DNA of 64,000 bases from an uncultured bacterium (GTDB taxonomy: Bacteria; Armatimonadota; Hebobacteria; Hebobacterales; Hebobacteraceae). Of the stretch, positions 59,734 through 64,000 are shown in pieces. The number at the start of each line of letters is the position of its first letter. Position 1 is the first letter of the stretch. The stretch spans positions 4,207 through 68,206 of the forward strand of contig CAYLPT010000072.1 of assembly GCA_964385645.1 (NCBI GenBank), given 5' to 3'. The translations under genes were made by a program, and so were the position numbers. Under the pieces are notes generated by a model that was given only the letters and a program-made list of their open reading frames with translations, ran no database searches and was not told where the DNA came from.

Positions 59734-62700
59734 CTAGAGGGCCCGCAGCCGCTCGATCGCCTCGGCGACCCTCCCGCGATGTCCGTGGATCGGCTCCGGG
59801 GTGACCGTGAAGGTGGTGAGGTCGGCCGTCACCTCCTGCGGCACCTCGAGGAGCCGCTCCGCCTCCGCGTACACCGACGGGTCTGCACCCGCCTGCTTGA
59901 GCCGCTCGACCTCGGCCCGCAGCAGGACGAAGTACTCGTAGTCCTCGATGCCATCCCGCAGCGCCTCCCAGCGTATCGAAGGGATCGGTCCACTCAGGTA
60001 CTTGGTGCGGTCAGTCTCGGGGTCGCGGTTGGGCGGGTAGAGGAAGCGGCCGTCGCCATTGCCCCAGGGCTGCTTCGTGCCGGCGGGCACCCCGTAGCCC
60101 GAGGTCCAGCTCATCGCGTCCTGCCAGGGGTTCTGGAGCGCCGGTGGCGGATAAGCGGTGTGCGAGGTCCAATAGTTCGTGTCCCAGACGAGAACGCCCT
60201 GGATGCCGTACTTCCAGGTCTGCCACAGCCAGAGGCGCATCTCGGTGCCGTAGTGGTCGAGGAAGAGGGTGATGTAGGGCGCCTTGGGCGCCGTGCACAG
60301 ATACCACCAGATCTCCTCCCCCGCCGCCTGCCGCTCGTGGACCACCGCGGGATCGAGCTCATAGGTCGGCAGACACCACAGGTCAACGGCGCCGTAGAGC
60401 TGAGGCGTCGGCTTGGTCGTGAGCATCCGGGTGAGCCCGGGGGCCGCCCGGTGGATGAGCTCCATCCCCTCCCGGACGAAGTCGAAGTCCCGCTCCGCCG
60501 GCTCGTCGAACCAGTAGACGTACGCCTTGTCCAGCCATCCCCTCTCCTCCAGGTGGCGCTGGACGGCCCGCGCGTAACGCCGGAAGGCTTCCTCGTGGGC
60601 AGGGGTGCCCTGCTGGCGCCCGAGGACCTCGCCCAGGCGGCGCTCATGGAACGTGCCGCCGCCTAGGCCGGCCAGACTCAGCACGAAGCTGTTGAAGCGC
60701 AGCTCCTCGATCCCATGCCGCGTGTCCTCGTCGAAGCCGCTGAAGTCCAGCCGGGGCACGATGTGCGCGGGCCCCACCTCCTCCCACTCCACCCCGATGC
60801 CGCGGCCGAAGGAGTACGGCGAGACCCGGTGGGAGGCGAAGCTCTCCAGGTAGAGGCGGTGGACCTGCCGCAGCTCCTCCTCCGTCTCCAGGTTGTGGTA
60901 GCGCCGGATGAGGTGTGTGGAGAGCCCGAACCCGCTGCGCAGGGTCGTCTCCGCCGGCAGATCGAAGCCCCAGACGCGGACCTCGATGGGAGCCCGCGCC
61001 CACTCCCTGCCGGCTGCGTTGAGCACCACCTCGCCTCGATAGAGCCCGGCCGGGGTGCCCGGGGGCGCGTACACCGTGATCCAGAAGGGCTGGTTGGCGC
61101 CGGCCGCCAGGTCGAGGGGCTCGCCGTGGGGAGGGAGAGGGTCCGGCCAGTCGCCCACACAGCCGACGTCATCGGTCGGGTGCTCGACGCGTACGTACTC
61201 GACCACCCTGACCTCCACATCGGAGGCAGGGATGCGCGCGCCTTCGGGCCCCACCAGGTCGCCCACCGAAACGCGTACTCCTTCGAGCGGAGCCCGGGGC
61301 GTGATGACGAGCTGCGCGGGCTCGTACTCGTTGCCCGCGGCGCTGATGCGGAGGGCCGCGCCGCGGCCGCTGGGGGCCGGCCGCGTCCTGCTGACCCGGC
61401 GCTCGGGCTCACACCACCAGAGGACCGCCGCCTCGTCCTCGAATAGCACCTCCCCACCGCGAGCGTCGTAGAGCGCGGGCACGGTGAAGCCTCCTCTCGC
61501 CTCGAATAGCAGTTCGTCAGTATGGGCGTCTGCGCAGGTCAGGCGCAGCTCGTGCTCGCCTGGGGCCGCGAGGGAGTAGCCGAGCGCCACCCTTGTCCGC
61601 GAGCCCGGGGGTATCGTGACCGTCTCCTCCGAGAGCGACACGATCTCGTCCCCCCGGGCGATGGCCAGCGCGACGCGCAGGAGGCGCCTCTCCCCGGTGT
61701 TGTGGACCTCGAAGCGCGCCTGCGAGCCGGGGGCGGGCAGAAGTGGGCCCAGGTCGAGCGGTTCCGCGCTGATGCCGGCGCCGCCGACCAGCACCGCCAG
61801 GTAGTGGCTGGCGCCGACGGCCTCGGGGAGCCAGGCCACCTCCTCCAGCCGAGAGGTGTACTGGTAGCCGTTGATCTGAAGGTCAACCTCGCCCTCGCTG
61901 CGCAGGCGCACCCACACCTCCGGGGAGGGCGCGACCGGCCGCAGCACGGGGAAAGCGGCCGAGCCCACGGCGCTGACCTCCCCCAGACGCGTCCACTCCT
62001 GTCCGTCGCCGCTCGCCTCCACCAGGACCACGCCTCGCTCCGCGCGGTTGACGCGGATCTCCACCGAGGGCTCGCTGTGGCGCAGCCGGCCCACGCGGTG
62101 TCGGTAGACGACCTCGGCCGGCCCGCTGAAGACCCACCGGTTGGTGTTGAAGCGGGCGTCGAAGCGCTCGAGGAATCGGCAGTCGCTGGCCCCAGGGCCG
62201 TCGAGCCTGTGGCTGGCGCGGTAGCGCCCGGCGAGGAGTGACTCGCCCTCGCCCAGAGGCAGGCCCAGGTCCTCCGGGTGGCGATGGGCCACCAGGGCCG
62301 GGGTGAGAGAGACCCCGTCGAAGTACAGGGTGCCATCCACGTGCCACTGCCCGACGCGGAAGGAGGGGCGCCAGATGGGCGGGTCGGGGGTGCGGAAGAA
62401 GAAGCGCTTGCGCTCCCACTCGGGGCCGGCCTGCCAGTCGCGGTTCACGGGCTCGAAGCCAGAGATCGCCACGCCGCCGCGAGCCCGCTCGTCTCGCCGC
62501 AGCCAGAAGGCCACGGAGTAGAGCGCATTGCGCTCTACCGGCGCCGAGACCGGCCGCCACCAGGAGGCGTCGCGGCCGTTGCCGGTGACGCTGACGCAGC
62601 GCTCTCCCTCCTTGCCGCCGAACTCCCACCGGCCGGCGCCAAGGGCGAAGACGGTCCACCCCTCCGGCTCCGCGCGTCCGACCTCGAAGGAGGGGTTGGG

Positions 62701-62802
62701 CAGCACGTTCGTATCCACCCCCCGGGTGGCCAGGGCCGCACCGCCGGCGGCGGTCACGGCCAAGCACAGGAGGCACGCGATCGTCAGACGCGCCATGGTC
62801 AT
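59734..62802 (-). CDS. secreted DUF4091-domain protein (GH123-like glycoside hydrolase candidate) with N-terminal CBM-like domain
   Basis: 1022 aa from ATG 62800-02 (GGAAGGAAG SD). Signal peptide [25 protein letters not shown]; [14 protein letters not shown]-terminus [11 protein letters not shown]...[21 protein letters not shown] fits the DUF4091 pattern. Confidence 0.7.
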   Translation of the reverse strand: MTMARLTIACLLCLAVTAAGGAALATRGVDTNVLPNPSFEVGRAEPEGWTVFALGAGRWEFGGKEGERCVSVTGNGRDASWWRPVSAPVERNALYSVAFWLRRDERARGGVAISGFEPVNRDWQAGPEWERKRFFFRTPDPPIWRPSFRVGQWHVDGTLYFDGVSLTPALVAHRHPEDLGLPLGEGESLLAGRYRASHRLDGPGASDCRFLERFDARFNTNRWVFSGPAEVVYRHRVGRLRHSEPSVEIRVNRAERGVVLVEASGDGQEWTRLGEVSAVGSAAFPVLRPVAPSPEVWVRLRSEGEVDLQINGYQYTSRLEEVAWLPEAVGASHYLAVLVGGAGISAEPLDLGPLLPAPGSQARFEVHNTGERRLLRVALAIARGDEIVSLSEETVTIPPGSRTRVALGYSLAAPGEHELRLTCADAHTDELLFEARGGFTVPALYDARGGEVLFEDEAAVLWWCEPERRVSRTRPAPSGRGAALRISAAGNEYEPAQLVITPRAPLEGVRVSVGDLVGPEGARIPASDVEVRVVEYVRVEHPTDDVGCVGDWPDPLPPHGEPLDLAAGANQPFWITVYAPPGTPAGLYRGEVVLNAAGREWARAPIEVRVWGFDLPAETTLRSGFGLSTHLIRRYHNLETEEELRQVHRLYLESFASHRVSPYSFGRGIGVEWEEVGPAHIVPRLDFSGFDEDTRHGIEELRFNSFVLSLAGLGGGTFHERRLGEVLGRQQGTPAHEEAFRRYARAVQRHLEERGWLDKAYVYWFDEPAERDFDFVREGMELIHRAAPGLTRMLTTKPTPQLYGAVDLWCLPTYELDPAVVHERQAAGEEIWWYLCTAPKAPYITLFLDHYGTEMRLWLWQTWKYGIQGVLVWDTNYWTSHTAYPPPALQNPWQDAMSWTSGYGVPAGTKQPWGNGDGRFLYPPNRDPETDRTKYLSGPIPSIRWEALRDGIEDYEYFVLLRAEVERLKQAGADPSVYAEAERLLEVPQEVTADLTTFTVTPEPIHGHRGRVAEAIERLRAL

Positions 62803-62986
62803 CTTCCTTCCCGCGGCTAGTGGCGCCCATGACCACGCAAGCCGCGCGCTGCCCACTTGGTTCGTCCCCACCGCCGCCCGTCCTCCCCCATTCCAGGCGG
62901 GAGCCGCCCCTGGGCCGGCAGGACCTGGCGAGGCGGGGCGCCGAAGACAAGGATCAAGAGACCTCACTTCTGAGCGGAAGGATGCC

Positions 62987-64000
62987 ATGGCGGACTACGA
63001 GAGAACGGTGCCGGCCGATCCCGCGACCTACGGGCGCGACCTGAGGGGGGACAAGCTCGACGAGCTCGCCGTCAACACCATCCGGGCGCTGGCCATGGAC
63101 GGCGTGCAGAAGGCGAAGTCGGGCCACCCGGGCATGCCCATGGGCATGGCGGATGCCGCCTATGTGCTGTGGACCCGATTCCTGCGCTACAGCCCCTCCG
63201 ACCCGTGCTGGCCTGATCGCGATCGCTTCGTGCTGTCGGCCGGGCACGGTTCGATGCTGCTGTACTCCCTGCTCCACCTGGCCGGCTTCGGGGTGTCGCT
63301 GGAGGATCTTCAGCAGTTCCGTCAGTGGGAGAGCCGCACCCCCGGCCACCCCGAGCACTGGTGCGCGCCCGGCGTCGAGACCACCACTGGACCCCTGGGC
63401 CAGGGCCTGGCGAACGCCGTCGGCCTGGCGATGGCGGAGCGTATGCTCGCCGCGCGGTTCAACCGCGAGGAGGCGGTGGTGGATCACTGGACATACGCGA
63501 TCGTCAGCGACGGAGATCTGATGGAGGGCATCTCGCACGAGGCCGCCTCGCTCGCCGGCCATCTGGGGCTGGGCCGGCTGATCTGCCTCTATGATGACAA
63601 CCGGATCACCATCGAGGGCGAGACCACGCTCGCCTTCAGCGAGGACGTCAGGCGGCGCTTCGAGGCCTACTGCTGGCACGTCACCACCGTAGATGGGCAC
63701 GACCGGGCAGCAGTCGCTGATGCTCTCGAGGTCGCCCGCGGGAGCGAGGAACGCCCGAGCCTCATCATCTGCCGGACGCACATCGCCAAGGGCAGCCCGA
63801 ACAAGCAGGACACGGCCGACGCGCACGGCGCACCCCTCGGGGAGGACGAGGTGCGGGCGACCAAGGAAAGGCTGGGCTTTCCCGTGGAGCCGAGCTTCTT
63901 CGTGCCCGAGGTCGTGCGGGAGCGCTTCGCCCAGCGGGGCGAGGAAGTCGAGCGTGAGGCTGCGGAGTGGCGCGCCCGGCTGTCGCGCTGGGAGGCCGCT
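62987..64000 (+). CDS. tkt: transketolase (3'-truncated by window edge)
   Basis: ATG 62987 with GGAAGGA SD; open to the window end (338 codons; absent from the ORF track). [53 protein letters not shown] and DGDLMEG. Confidence 0.93.
   Translation, partial: MADYERTVPADPATYGRDLRGDKLDELAVNTIRALAMDGVQKAKSGHPGMPMGMADAAYVLWTRFLRYSPSDPCWPDRDRFVLSAGHGSMLLYSLLHLAGFGVSLEDLQQFRQWESRTPGHPEHWCAPGVETTTGPLGQGLANAVGLAMAERMLAARFNREEAVVDHWTYAIVSDGDLMEGISHEAASLAGHLGLGRLICLYDDNRITIEGETTLAFSEDVRRRFEAYCWHVTTVDGHDRAAVADALEVARGSEERPSLIICRTHIAKGSPNKQDTADAHGAPLGEDEVRATKERLGFPVEPSFFVPEVVRERFAQRGEEVEREAAEWRARLSRWEAA

Overview
High-GC (roughly 70%) bacterial chromosomal segment, very gene-dense: about 65 supportable CDS. 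It shows strong GGAGG-type Shine-Dalgarno sites, many GTG starts, frequent ATGA/GTGA start-stop overlaps, and convergent genes that share palindromic stop codons. By eye I found no rRNA, tRNA, CRISPR array, transposase or integrase. Gene order: (1) flagellar type III export-gate operon fliOPQR-flhBA (minus strand), preceded by a TPR protein and a GT-C-like membrane protein. (2) A B12-binding-type radical SAM gene. (3) A ~9 kb arsenic/thiol-redox island made of two back-to-back ArsR-controlled minus-strand operons. The first is arsR-acr3-usp-Cys-rich-arsM-Cys-rich-small. The second is arsR, ArsP-like permease, Trx-like, DGC, Fe-S paralog, membrane Trx, CcdA, a small CxxC ORF and a second Fe-S paralog. 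(4) A ~9.6 kb plus-strand operon that is my best candidate for an undescribed system. It encodes a 1544-aa degenerate M28/PA ectodomain fused to an FtsX permease, an OPT-like membrane protein, an unknown protein, a PqqD/RRE-like protein, a mini-FtsX and a MacB-type ATPase. (5) A housekeeping block: SPOR protein, grpE, ftsZ, homocysteine methyltransferase, MTAP, dprA, YfhO, mgtE, a GH-A hydrolase, DAHP synthase, DUF151 nuclease, rho, hpt, guaA and a guaB3-like gene. (6) A third ArsR, an unannotated 43-aa Cys/His ORF and an ABC-2 exporter. (7) AraC plus a GH1 beta-glucosidase. (8) A secreted C39-like peptidase, TPR lipoprotein, CN-hydrolase and a PA2779-like tail-anchored protein. (9) A MEMO-like protein, GT39-TPR, DUF4091 and a partial transketolase. 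Most long ORFs in the track that lie antisense or in alternate frames to these genes are high-GC artefacts. All family assignments rest on motif recognition by eye; no database search was run.
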